A stretch of 64,000 nucleotides of DNA, taken from positions 1-64,000 of IMG/VR virus record IMGVR_UViG_3300008954_000022, one strand, 5' to 3'. Under the pieces are notes generated by a model. It was given only the letters and a program-made list of their open reading frames with translations. It was not told the origin of the DNA and did no database searches. The DNA comes from a virus. Numbering within the stretch: position 1 is the first letter of the stretch; every line of letters begins with the position of its first letter. Positions 36,401 through 44,165 of this stretch are shown here, one piece after another. A program made the translations under genes and the position numbers.

Positions 36401-37121
36401 TATAGGGAACACTAATATAGGGCACAACCTCACGAACCTGTACAGGACATTGACCTCATTCACAGGCGGGAAGGACAATTCTGACTCCTCTATTTCCAAC
36501 TCTCTAGAGGGCGCGCCGCCCGAGGATCCGGGTGTGGCCAAGTCCGGTATTCTGACGATTCTGAATAGGACGAAGGACCCCTCCTCGAACCAGGTTGCAT
36601 TCTTTGACGTGTCGAACCTCTTCTATGGGAATCAGATTAGGCGTGGATCGTTCCAGGTGACAGACACTAGTGTAACTGGATCTGGTGGCGTTTTATCAGT
36701 TACACTCAGGGATGATGGACACGGAGGCCTCTACCGTGCCGATGCCCTATCGAAGCACGCCACGTGGAACGCTGTGGGCAATATCATCTATGAAGAGGGT
36801 ATTGCTGTTGTTAAGACACCGAACATTCCTATTTTTGGGGCCGACGAGTGGACAACCAGCTTCGAGGGTGAGCACAATGTGCACGTCCTGGAGATAAACG
36901 TGCCCTGCCCCAAGGGAACCGTCAACTCCTCCTCCAATCCGACCTTCAAGGCGCTTAAGCCCACAGACTACGCCAATGAGACAGCGTCTCAATTTAGTTA
37001 CATTACAAGTGTAAATCTCCACGATGAGAGTTTTAATGTAATAGGAAGGGCCAACTTGGCCCAACCCATTGTGAAGAGGGACTCCGATGGATACCTCTTC
37101 AGGTTGAGGATCGATTATTGA
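33438..37121 (+). CDS. Large LamG-containing baseplate-associated protein with three insertion modules
   Basis: FTFDFYINP...NHWHHVAIRW...VIDG...EIHDLKIFN LamG pattern; C-terminal NSSSNPT...YITSVNLHD...IGRANLAQPIVK......FRLRIDY. Confidence 0.7.
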   Translation: MAIIPIPIENLERFTLTANPRRTFTSSSSGLTGSVKVFSRASTIEKEAQPLEDYGGDSWGTADVEELRVQTVRDSRGSSDISGNISQYLETVNSSSASPARQKKVEVIRFEPSFKLTSDSLRKNVVRKVLFPTYRSTYPTLQWAYPNYHTLHFFTSDTTPTGSVLIYPAATSSGETNEVDNFMYSPHKEFTFDFYINPKYSSEPNDSKFTSTATFTFSDKPPEESAITLLDSDGTSVAFEIDNENNGLKPPAATFTLTDKPNEGSTINLIDGDGTSVTFEVDNENNGVSAGNVALNGIYAAGGGATGTAADLAAKINAQSALDMTASASGIGVITVTQGSTVGRSGNTTITVNDAAHWNSVCSVNVPSAFTGGRGDVAVSGIAAAGGGATGTAADLTAKINAQSSLDIVATNPSAGVVLLTQGAVETSAGNTAITLDNAAAWNASTSVNVPSTFTGGTEPGRTVYHPGTVIHMSSSYAVSLISGSSKDHNGKTDGFRIMLQLSNSAETSPRNTVVTANSANQPFPQRAVGTGEQISDMVFFSKDNALKRNHWHHVAIRWGSSINNGTGSFVIDGKEDATFVVTASSVMPQAFEPPYGDPDAVFVGNFYDGPNNGTLDGSGVVAQFFNANAAHREGVTSMFTNDSYDMSNVDATHNDIAEHKIRFSHPLRAEIHDLKIFNTYHSLQQIASSSQKGPDPLPADLIFYVPPFFVKETKEREVMQTPFQTVRSTTDDPFNVALSFGVGGHMLNLPNFTREFVNGLYPRLFNLTGSTIDVTTNTAELCNLWLYRNASLRKRNLTVLPCDNGRFSPSFNLLKSGTRVEVPASGSLIDRFVNDSGNIDYGLINLSNMVSTASLPEGLIDITSENRGRQGVGTQAASAEIVYTATKTADQTTISLTGLRKNSVTNSYDRVTKVYRFVFTGGVNGDVQGGKVIVDASSADADTVYDNFVSAVNGSTGHAGLILASRDANDTDDYAGVVTLNQRAVGTIGNTNIGHNLTNLYRTLTSFTGGKDNSDSSISNSLEGAPPEDPGVAKSGILTILNRTKDPSSNQVAFFDVSNLFYGNQIRRGSFQVTDTSVTGSGGVLSVTLRDDGHGGLYRADALSKHATWNAVGNIIYEEGIAVVKTPNIPIFGADEWTTSFEGEHNVHVLEINVPCPKGTVNSSSNPTFKALKPTDYANETASQFSYITSVNLHDESFNVIGRANLAQPIVKRDSDGYLFRLRIDY
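34068..34808 (+). repeat. Nested duplication of a ~120-aa module (inner copy 34191-34556 inside the outer copy)
   Basis: Each half appears twice: ATFT.(S/T)DKP.E.S.I.L.D.DGTSV.FE.DNENNG and AAGGGATGTAADL.AKINAQS.LD...WN...SVNVPS.FTGG, arranged N1-N2-C2-C1. Confidence 0.85.
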
Positions 37122-37693
37122 TGTCATGCTGTTTGGGACTGGACATATCCACCTCTAAGACAGGTTGGTGTGTGATGTACACAGATGAACACCAGAGCTT
37201 ATCCAAGGTGGAAATGGGGTGTATACACCTAAGTGACTGGAAGGATAGCTTCAGTAAAGCCCAGAGGGTCTTGGATGTTCTTCAGGAGCTGCAACGTCAG
37301 CATCCCATTGAACGGGTGTTCGTTGAGGAGAACCTACAGCGTTTTCGAAGGGGTTTTTCATCTGCCAAAACGCTGGCAGCTCTGGCCAGATTTAACGGTG
37401 TGGTCTCGTATTTGAGTGAGGCTACATTCAAGATCGGTCCCGAGTTCCTAAATGTGAACTCCGCGAGAAAGAGCGTTGGTCTTCGCCTGCAGAAGGAGGC
37501 AGTTTGTGGGAAGACGACCAAGCAGCAGGTTCTGGATTGGGTCTCCAATCGCCTCGATGATGACTATCAATGGCCAGTTAAGGTTCTCAAGAGCGGTCCG
37601 CGCCGCGGCCAGGAGATTTTAGAGCCTGGATGTTATGATATGGCAGACGCGTATGTTGTGGCTCTTGCTGGTGTGTTGAACAACAATACATAG
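37121..37693 (+). CDS. ruvC: RuvC-like Holliday junction resolvase
   Basis: LGLDISTSKTGW, VFVEE, YDMADAYVVA acidic catalytic motifs; TGATG overlap favours start 37121. Confidence 0.85.
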   Translation: MSCCLGLDISTSKTGWCVMYTDEHQSLSKVEMGCIHLSDWKDSFSKAQRVLDVLQELQRQHPIERVFVEENLQRFRRGFSSAKTLAALARFNGVVSYLSEATFKIGPEFLNVNSARKSVGLRLQKEAVCGKTTKQQVLDWVSNRLDDDYQWPVKVLKSGPRRGQEILEPGCYDMADAYVVALAGVLNNNT

Positions 37694-37712
37694 ACACAGT
37701 ATACTTCTACTG

Positions 37713-38681
37713 ATGAATTTGTTCTCGAGTAAGGCCGCGCTCCTGCGGCGCGCCTTTGGTAGTGTAGAGATTAGCAGGGATCAGGTCAATGTGGCCATCA
37801 AGTGTCCCAAGTGTGCTGATGCCCGCTCCAGCAAGAGAAAACTCGTTGTGAGGTTGGATGATGGACGCTATCACTGTTGGGTCTGTGGTCTTAAGGGTCG
37901 AAAAGTTGTCAATCTCTTTCGAAAGTATGCACCTAGTCATGTTGAGGAACTCAAGGATTTTGGTTGGGCTAACGGAGATCACTCAAATGATTCTCCAGTT
38001 GAGCTGGAAGAGCCTGATATCGAAATACCACAGGGCTTTGTTCTCCTGGCCGATTCCCTGAAAAGCCGGGATCCGGATGTGAAGGAGACAGTTCGATACG
38101 TTCGAGAGCGTGGTCTGAGTATTCGGGACTTGTGGTACTATAAGATGGGGACAACAACAAAAGGAAGATTCAGACGCAGGGCTATTATACCATCTTTCGA
38201 TGCAGAAGGGAATCTAAATTATTTCGCAGCACGATCAATTGACAGCACCACTCACATGAAATATCTCAATGCGAAGGTCCCAAAGAAGCAGGTGATATTC
38301 AATGAGCTCAATATCAGGTGGGATGAAGAGCTCACAATTGTTGAGGGTCCACTTGATCTGGTGAAGTGCGACGACAATGCGACGTGTCTCCTGGGATCAC
38401 ACCTCGCGGAGGACTCCATCCTTTTTCGAAAGATTATTAGAAATCAGACACCCATTGTGCTAGCCCTCGACACTGATGCGAGACTCAAGGCTCACAATTT
38501 AGCGAGATCCCTATCGTCATATGGGATTAGGGTTCGCATGGCCTCTCTTCCTTCTGAGTTGGACGTGGGAGATCTCTCCCGTCGACAGTTCAGCAAGATG
38601 AAGCAGGAGGCGACATTGTGGCAGTCGACACACCGCTTGTGTGAAATCATTGGTGGAATCAAGACTGGCTCAATTATTTAG
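37713..38681 (+). CDS. DNA primase (zinc finger plus TOPRIM; gp61/DnaG-like)
   Basis: CPKC...YHCWVC zinc finger; IIPSFDAEGNLNYFAAR, KYLN; TOPRIM IVEGPLD, LLGS, LALDTDA. Confidence 0.9.
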   Translation: MNLFSSKAALLRRAFGSVEISRDQVNVAIKCPKCADARSSKRKLVVRLDDGRYHCWVCGLKGRKVVNLFRKYAPSHVEELKDFGWANGDHSNDSPVELEEPDIEIPQGFVLLADSLKSRDPDVKETVRYVRERGLSIRDLWYYKMGTTTKGRFRRRAIIPSFDAEGNLNYFAARSIDSTTHMKYLNAKVPKKQVIFNELNIRWDEELTIVEGPLDLVKCDDNATCLLGSHLAEDSILFRKIIRNQTPIVLALDTDARLKAHNLARSLSSYGIRVRMASLPSELDVGDLSRRQFSKMKQEATLWQSTHRLCEIIGGIKTGSII

Positions 38682-38689
38682 GAGTTGCG

Positions 38690-41600
38690 GTGACATTTAG
38701 GTGTGCCCATTTAAGCGATGTGCACTGGCGGGGACTCACGAGACATGATGAGTATCGTGAAGCTTTCAGCCAGATGTTCGAGACATTCAGGGATCTGAAT
38801 CTAGACGCCATTTTTGTGGGAGGGGACATTGTTCACTCCAAGACACAAGGTATATCACCGGAGCTGATAGACTGTCTCTCATGGTGGTTTTCAGAGATGG
38901 CGGATATTGCCCCGACTCATATCATCTTGGGAAATCATGATGGTCTGATAATGAATAAGCACCGTCAGGATGCGATAACCCCCATTGTCAATGCCCTGGG
39001 TCATTCCAATCTCCACCTCTACAAGAGTTCCGGAACTTATCCTATCGGGGTGCCAGGCTATAACTGGTGTGTCTTCTCGTGCTTTGATGAGGAGTCCTGG
39101 CCAGATGTGAAACCGGTGCAGGGTGAGATTAATATAGCAACCTTCCATGGGGGTGTTCAGGGATCGACAACCGACATCAACTGGGATATTGAGGGTGACG
39201 TCGACCTGGATTTCTTTGATGACTTTGATTTTACCTTCCTGGGTGATATTCACAAGTTGCAGTATCTGGATGATGAGAAAAGAGTAGCTTATCCCGGGTC
39301 GACAATACAACAGAATTACGGTGAGGATCCCGGGAAGGGTTTCCTCTTCTGGGAGATAGAGGATAGGGATACGTTCACCAGCACTTTCTACGAGATTCCC
39401 CACTCTTGTCCATTTGTTACAATCGACTGGGCTGGGAATGTCAAGGACACAGTCTCTTTAGCCGCAGCCCATCCCAATCTATCGAGGTTTAGGGTACGCA
39501 CTGACAGCCCAATCTCCCAGGCTGAGATAAAGCACCTCCACAGTGCACTCAAGAATCAGAAACGCGCCACAGAAATAGTCTTTAAGCATGATCACACGAT
39601 CGATGTGTCAACGATTCAGACCAGCGCAGGGGATTTTTTCACAGAGGACCTCCGTGATGTCAACACCCATGTGCGTCTAATGAGGGAGTACTACTCAGAG
39701 ATAGATATTTCTGATGAGCAGTGGGAAAGGTTGGAGGGGCTCATAGCCAAGTACGTGACACCTGCTTCTAAGACAGATGTTGTACGAAATATCAAGTGGT
39801 CAGTGCAGCGGCTGGAGTTCGATAACACCTTCTCGTACGGTAAGGGAAACATCATTAACTTTGACGCCCTGGGTGGGATTCTCGGTCTCTTCGGCAAGAA
39901 CCGTGCTGGGAAATCATCGATCCCAGGCACTATGATGTATTCACTTTTTAATACTACAGATCGCGGCCCTATCAAGAACCTTCACATCATCAACATGCGA
40001 AAGGGGTACTGTCTAGGAAAAGTGTACCTGTCAGCGAATGGAAAGAGATACCTCGTTGAGAGACAGTCTGTTCGAAAGACCTCTCGGAGGGGAGTCGAGA
40101 ATGCGGTAACACACCTCAATTTGAGCGAGATTGATGAGGTAGGAAATCAGATAATTGATATGAATGGCTCCCAGAGACGGGAGACTGAGAAGTCTCTTAG
40201 ACAAATTGTGGGAACTGCTGACGACTTCCTAATGACATCCCTGGCCAGCCAGGGCCAGATGAATAACTTCATCAGACATAAGGCAACCCAGCGCAAGGCC
40301 ATTCTCACCAAGTTTCTTGACCTCAACATATTCGATGACATTCTAAACCTCGCCAAGGAGGATTCCTCCGAATTAAAAAGCATCCTGGGAAATGCCTCGG
40401 ACAGGGACTGGGACACTCTAATATCTGAAAAGAACACTCTCAAGAGAAAGAAGTCGAAGGAACGACGAGAGATAGAGGCAAGCATAGCCAGGCATCGAAA
40501 GCAGCTTCAGGAGATAACAGTTGCGATTGCCACACACTCGAATAAGGATCTGGTCACTGAGAGCGATGTGAGTCAGAAGGAAGCAGGCATCGCAGATTCC
40601 AGGCTGCAGTTAACCGGGATGACAGAACAGTCTCAAGCATCTCTGGAAAAGATAAGGGAGATAGAGGCAACTCTAAAATCGATTGATTCAGTGAAGGATC
40701 AGTTCCCAATCGAGGATCTCCGACAACGTCGGGATGCCCAACAAGACCTTGAGCGAGCGCTGGTTGAACTGGGCCACACTCACGAGAGGGAAAAGACGCT
40801 TCTCAAGAGCCAGAAGAAGTCCATTAAGCTTCTAGAGGAGGTTCCGTGTGGGGATACATTCCCCACTTGCAAGTTCATCAAGACATCCCACGAGAATAAG
40901 AAGAAACTGGATGATCAGGAACGCCTGGTTACAGAGTCATTGGACAGGGTGAAGGCATCGAAAAAGTCACTGAAGGTTCTTACGAGGGAGAATCTCTCTG
41001 AGAAGATTGAGAAGTATGACAAGATCCTGACTCGCGAGAATAATCTCAAGATAAAGCTCTCTAATCAGAAACTCGACTTGACGAGGGTGAACAATCGAAA
41101 GAAAGTGCTTCAGGATCTGATCGATAATGCAGACAGAGAGCTCCAGGGAATGCGCCTTCGGGTCTCTACTTCCACTGAGGCCCAAAAGGTAAGTGCTGCT
41201 CGTCAGGAAATGAATACGATCAATGACAAGATCAACAACTTCGACGCTCAGCGTATTAAGCTTACCGAGTCTATCGGTCACCTCGATGCTGAGATAACTC
41301 TCCACAAGAAGGATAAAGAGAAGTACGGCGACCTAATTGAGCAGTGGAAGATGTATGAACTCCTCCTGGGCGCTGTCTCCAAGAAGGGTATTCCTCTCCA
41401 GATAATGGCATCCCAGCTACCTGCGATCAACAAGGAGATCTCACAGATTCTCCAAGGAGTTGTTGGTTTCACTGTGGAACTCGAGGCAGATGCTGGAACG
41501 AATGACATGGATATCTACATCAACTACGGCGACTCGCGCAGGATTATTGAGTGTGCTAGTGGCATGGAGAAGATGATGGCATCCCTCGCAATTCGGGTAG

Positions 41601-41830
41601 CCCTTATCAATGTCAGCTCTCTTCCCAAGACAGATCTTCTCATTATTGATGAGGGGTTCGGCGCGCTGGATGATATGAACATTGAGGCGTGCACTCGCCT
41701 ACTTGATTCCCTCCGACGGTGGTTCAAACACATTCTGGTAATATCACATGTTGATGCTGTGAAGGATGCAGTGGACAATGTAATCGAGATCTCCCAGAGA
41801 GAGAAGAACGCGGTGGTCATCTGTGAGTGA
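38690..41830 (+). CDS. sbcCD: Fused Mre11/SbcD nuclease and Rad50/SbcC ATPase (T4 gp47-gp46-like)
   Basis: Phosphoesterase motifs HLSDVH, GGD, GNHD, FHG, GDIH; Walker A GKNRAGKSS; coiled coil; signature ASGMEK; Walker B LIIDEGFGALD; H-loop ISH. Confidence 0.92.
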   Translation: MTFRCAHLSDVHWRGLTRHDEYREAFSQMFETFRDLNLDAIFVGGDIVHSKTQGISPELIDCLSWWFSEMADIAPTHIILGNHDGLIMNKHRQDAITPIVNALGHSNLHLYKSSGTYPIGVPGYNWCVFSCFDEESWPDVKPVQGEINIATFHGGVQGSTTDINWDIEGDVDLDFFDDFDFTFLGDIHKLQYLDDEKRVAYPGSTIQQNYGEDPGKGFLFWEIEDRDTFTSTFYEIPHSCPFVTIDWAGNVKDTVSLAAAHPNLSRFRVRTDSPISQAEIKHLHSALKNQKRATEIVFKHDHTIDVSTIQTSAGDFFTEDLRDVNTHVRLMREYYSEIDISDEQWERLEGLIAKYVTPASKTDVVRNIKWSVQRLEFDNTFSYGKGNIINFDALGGILGLFGKNRAGKSSIPGTMMYSLFNTTDRGPIKNLHIINMRKGYCLGKVYLSANGKRYLVERQSVRKTSRRGVENAVTHLNLSEIDEVGNQIIDMNGSQRRETEKSLRQIVGTADDFLMTSLASQGQMNNFIRHKATQRKAILTKFLDLNIFDDILNLAKEDSSELKSILGNASDRDWDTLISEKNTLKRKKSKERREIEASIARHRKQLQEITVAIATHSNKDLVTESDVSQKEAGIADSRLQLTGMTEQSQASLEKIREIEATLKSIDSVKDQFPIEDLRQRRDAQQDLERALVELGHTHEREKTLLKSQKKSIKLLEEVPCGDTFPTCKFIKTSHENKKKLDDQERLVTESLDRVKASKKSLKVLTRENLSEKIEKYDKILTRENNLKIKLSNQKLDLTRVNNRKKVLQDLIDNADRELQGMRLRVSTSTEAQKVSAARQEMNTINDKINNFDAQRIKLTESIGHLDAEITLHKKDKEKYGDLIEQWKMYELLLGAVSKKGIPLQIMASQLPAINKEISQILQGVVGFTVELEADAGTNDMDIYINYGDSRRIIECASGMEKMMASLAIRVALINVSSLPKTDLLIIDEGFGALDDMNIEACTRLLDSLRRWFKHILVISHVDAVKDAVDNVIEISQREKNAVVICE

Positions 41831-42104
41831 CGTCAGGACCAGAGTACACGAACAGGGTTTTCTCATTGTTGAGACTGATACAGGTGCTGATTGTGTGCCT
41901 TTAGACTGTCCCATATGTGAGCTAGCCCTACGAGACCGAGACGACATCAGGGCTTTTTACAGGGTTGAGTGCTGCCGGACCTGTGAGATGCACTTCGTCC
42001 AGCCTAACATGGGTAAGTGGGACAGTGGTTGGCGACCCTCTGAGGAAGAAATTATCAGCAGACGACGAGATCTCAGGGATCATCCGTCATATTTAGTAAA
42101 GTGA
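41823..42104 (+). CDS. Small zinc-binding protein
   Basis: CPIC and CCRTC pairs; overlaps the previous stop. Confidence 0.65.
   Translation: MSDVRTRVHEQGFLIVETDTGADCVPLDCPICELALRDRDDIRAFYRVECCRTCEMHFVQPNMGKWDSGWRPSEEEIISRRRDLRDHPSYLVK
42089..42095 (+). promoter_or_regulatory. Putative late promoter motif ATATTTA
   Basis: ~27 nt upstream of 42123, at the switch from DNA-processing genes to packaging genes. Confidence 0.45.
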
Positions 42105-42122
42105 CTAGCAACGGAGACAACT

Positions 42123-42503
42123 ATGTTAAGCGCGAAACACGTTGAAGCAATTGGAAGTGTTCTAACGAACACATTCGGACGCGAAGGAAGTCCATCAGGG
42201 GCTACCTCGATAACCCACAGTATGAACGGCGACGTCCTCGTCCTTAAGTTTGTGTCTGTTGTCCACTTCGCGGAGGAGCGAAGTTTGAGGCTACAGGTTG
42301 ACAGAGTGACACAGGAATCTGTACAGCTTTTGGGTGACAAGCTAAAAGAGGTCAAGTCGGCCTTCAAGGATATTACTGGAGAAGCTCTTAAGGTGAAAGA
42401 GATAAACAGTAGGGACGATGTTGAGATGGTGTCGGGAACAGCACACTCGGCCCGAAAGGTTGCCTACTACAGGCGTAATCACTGGCTACAGATTCTCAAC
42501 TAG
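42123..42503 (+). CDS. Hypothetical protein upstream of terminase
   Basis: 126-aa ORF with GGAG upstream. Confidence 0.7.
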   Translation: MLSAKHVEAIGSVLTNTFGREGSPSGATSITHSMNGDVLVLKFVSVVHFAEERSLRLQVDRVTQESVQLLGDKLKEVKSAFKDITGEALKVKEINSRDDVEMVSGTAHSARKVAYYRRNHWLQILN

Positions 42504-42513
42504 CTCTAGGACA

Positions 42514-44109
42514 ATGGCACCGATATCAAAGCAGCGCCAGATCAAGGAAATTATCAAGTGCGGCAAGGATCCCGTTTATTTTAGCAATCGCTACCTCAAG
42601 ATCCAGCACCCAACCCGAGGTCTAATAAGTTTCGACACGTATCCCTTTCAGGATGAGTGCCTTCATGACTTTGTGAATCACAGGTTCAATGTAATTCTAA
42701 AGTCTAGACAGCTGGGTATCTCAACCCTGACCGCTGCGTACGCTGTCTGGCTGGCTGCCTTCTACAAGGACAAGAATGTCCTGATTATCGCCACAAAGCT
42801 CTCTGTGGCACAGAACTTCATTCGCAAGGTCAAGGTGGCACTTCGAAGTATGCCTAAGTGGCTTCTTCTCCCAGAGATCATCGGAAACAACAAGCAGGCA
42901 GTGGAGTTCAGCAACGGTTCCATCATCAAGGCAGTTCCAACCTCCGACGATGCTGGTCGTTCCGAGGCTCTCTCCCTGTTAATTGTGGATGAGGCAGCGT
43001 TCATTCGTAACTTTGATGAGCTGTTCACAGGTCTCTACCCCACGCTGTCTACTGGTGGGCGCGCAATAATTCTATCGACACCCAACGGTGTGGGTGGTCA
43101 GTACCACGACCTCTGGGTAAATGCTGCAGGGGGCGAGAATAAGTTTCACCCCATTAGGCTACCATGGGATGTGCACCCAGAGCGAGATGATGAGTGGTTC
43201 TCGAATGAGTGTCGAAATTTAAGTAAGAAACAGATAGCGCAGGAGCTCCTGTGCGATTTTGCAGCATCCGGTGATACTGTACTCAATAATGAAGACATTG
43301 AGTGGCTAGGGTCATCGGTGCGAACTCCTATGGAACGTTGGGGCCCCAATATGGGTGTCTGGGTCTGGAAGTACAGTCTCAGCGATCACCAGTATATTAT
43401 TTCTGCAGATGTCTCCCGAGGCGACTCCGGCGACTACAGTGCATTTCACGTGATTGACACAGGAGAGTCAGAGATCGTCGCGGAGTTCAAGGGGAAGATT
43501 CCACCTGACCAGTTCGCGTCTCTCCTCGCTGAGGCCGGCAAGAGATATAACAATGCTTTGCTCTGTCCGGAGAACAACACATACGGGTATGCTGTTGTTA
43601 TGAAGCTTCGAGAGCTAGATTACAGCAATCTATATTTCAAGAACGAGAAGGACAAGTTTGCTGCGATGTATGGTTTGGAAGAGCCTGACCTTCACAAGAT
43701 AGGGTTCACCACTTCCGGTCACACCAGGAATCAGATCCTGACTAAACTTGAGCAGGTGGTGAGAAACAGGGAGATTCGATCGTATTCATCCAGGCTTTAC
43801 GAGGAGGCCAAGACATTCATCTGGAGGGGCAACAAAGCCCAGGCCCAGAAGGGAAGAAATGACGACCTTATAATGTCACTGGCTATCGGGATCTGGTTGT
43901 ATGACACCTCCCCCGTGCACAGTAAACACGCGTACGACCTGAACAAGGCCATGCTGGATGGGTTCGATGTGAATTCTCGGGAGATGGAACGAGACACTCC
44001 CACACCCTGGCAGGATAAGTCATACAATCCGTTCAAACCGTTCCAGATTGGCGAGATGCCGGTCTCAGGAAGTAACCATCCCATGGGCGACCTGGGATGG
44101 CTTCTGTAG
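42514..44109 (+). CDS. terL: Terminase large subunit (T4 gp17-like)
   Basis: YPFQ adenine-binding motif; Walker A KSRQLGIST; Walker B LLIVDEAAF; LSTPNG; nuclease ISADVSRG..DYS, ENN, DDLIMSLAI. ATG 42514 (AGGA upstream) preferred over 42418. Confidence 0.95.
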   Translation: MAPISKQRQIKEIIKCGKDPVYFSNRYLKIQHPTRGLISFDTYPFQDECLHDFVNHRFNVILKSRQLGISTLTAAYAVWLAAFYKDKNVLIIATKLSVAQNFIRKVKVALRSMPKWLLLPEIIGNNKQAVEFSNGSIIKAVPTSDDAGRSEALSLLIVDEAAFIRNFDELFTGLYPTLSTGGRAIILSTPNGVGGQYHDLWVNAAGGENKFHPIRLPWDVHPERDDEWFSNECRNLSKKQIAQELLCDFAASGDTVLNNEDIEWLGSSVRTPMERWGPNMGVWVWKYSLSDHQYIISADVSRGDSGDYSAFHVIDTGESEIVAEFKGKIPPDQFASLLAEAGKRYNNALLCPENNTYGYAVVMKLRELDYSNLYFKNEKDKFAAMYGLEEPDLHKIGFTTSGHTRNQILTKLEQVVRNREIRSYSSRLYEEAKTFIWRGNKAQAQKGRNDDLIMSLAIGIWLYDTSPVHSKHAYDLNKAMLDGFDVNSREMERDTPTPWQDKSYNPFKPFQIGEMPVSGSNHPMGDLGWLL

Positions 44110-44165
44110 TTTAAGGATTCTTCTCTATGAATACAATCCTACTTAGGGGACAAAGGTAATAGAAG

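Noticed and set aside
11130-36470. Insertion modules as inteins or transposon remnants
   Set aside because: No intein terminal motifs (Cys/Ser start, His-Asn end), no endonuclease or transposase motifs, and no terminal inverted repeats seen.
42418-42513. Longer terminase start given in the ORF track
   Set aside because: Overlaps the upstream gene by 86 nt; ATG 42514 has a ribosome-binding site and no overlap.
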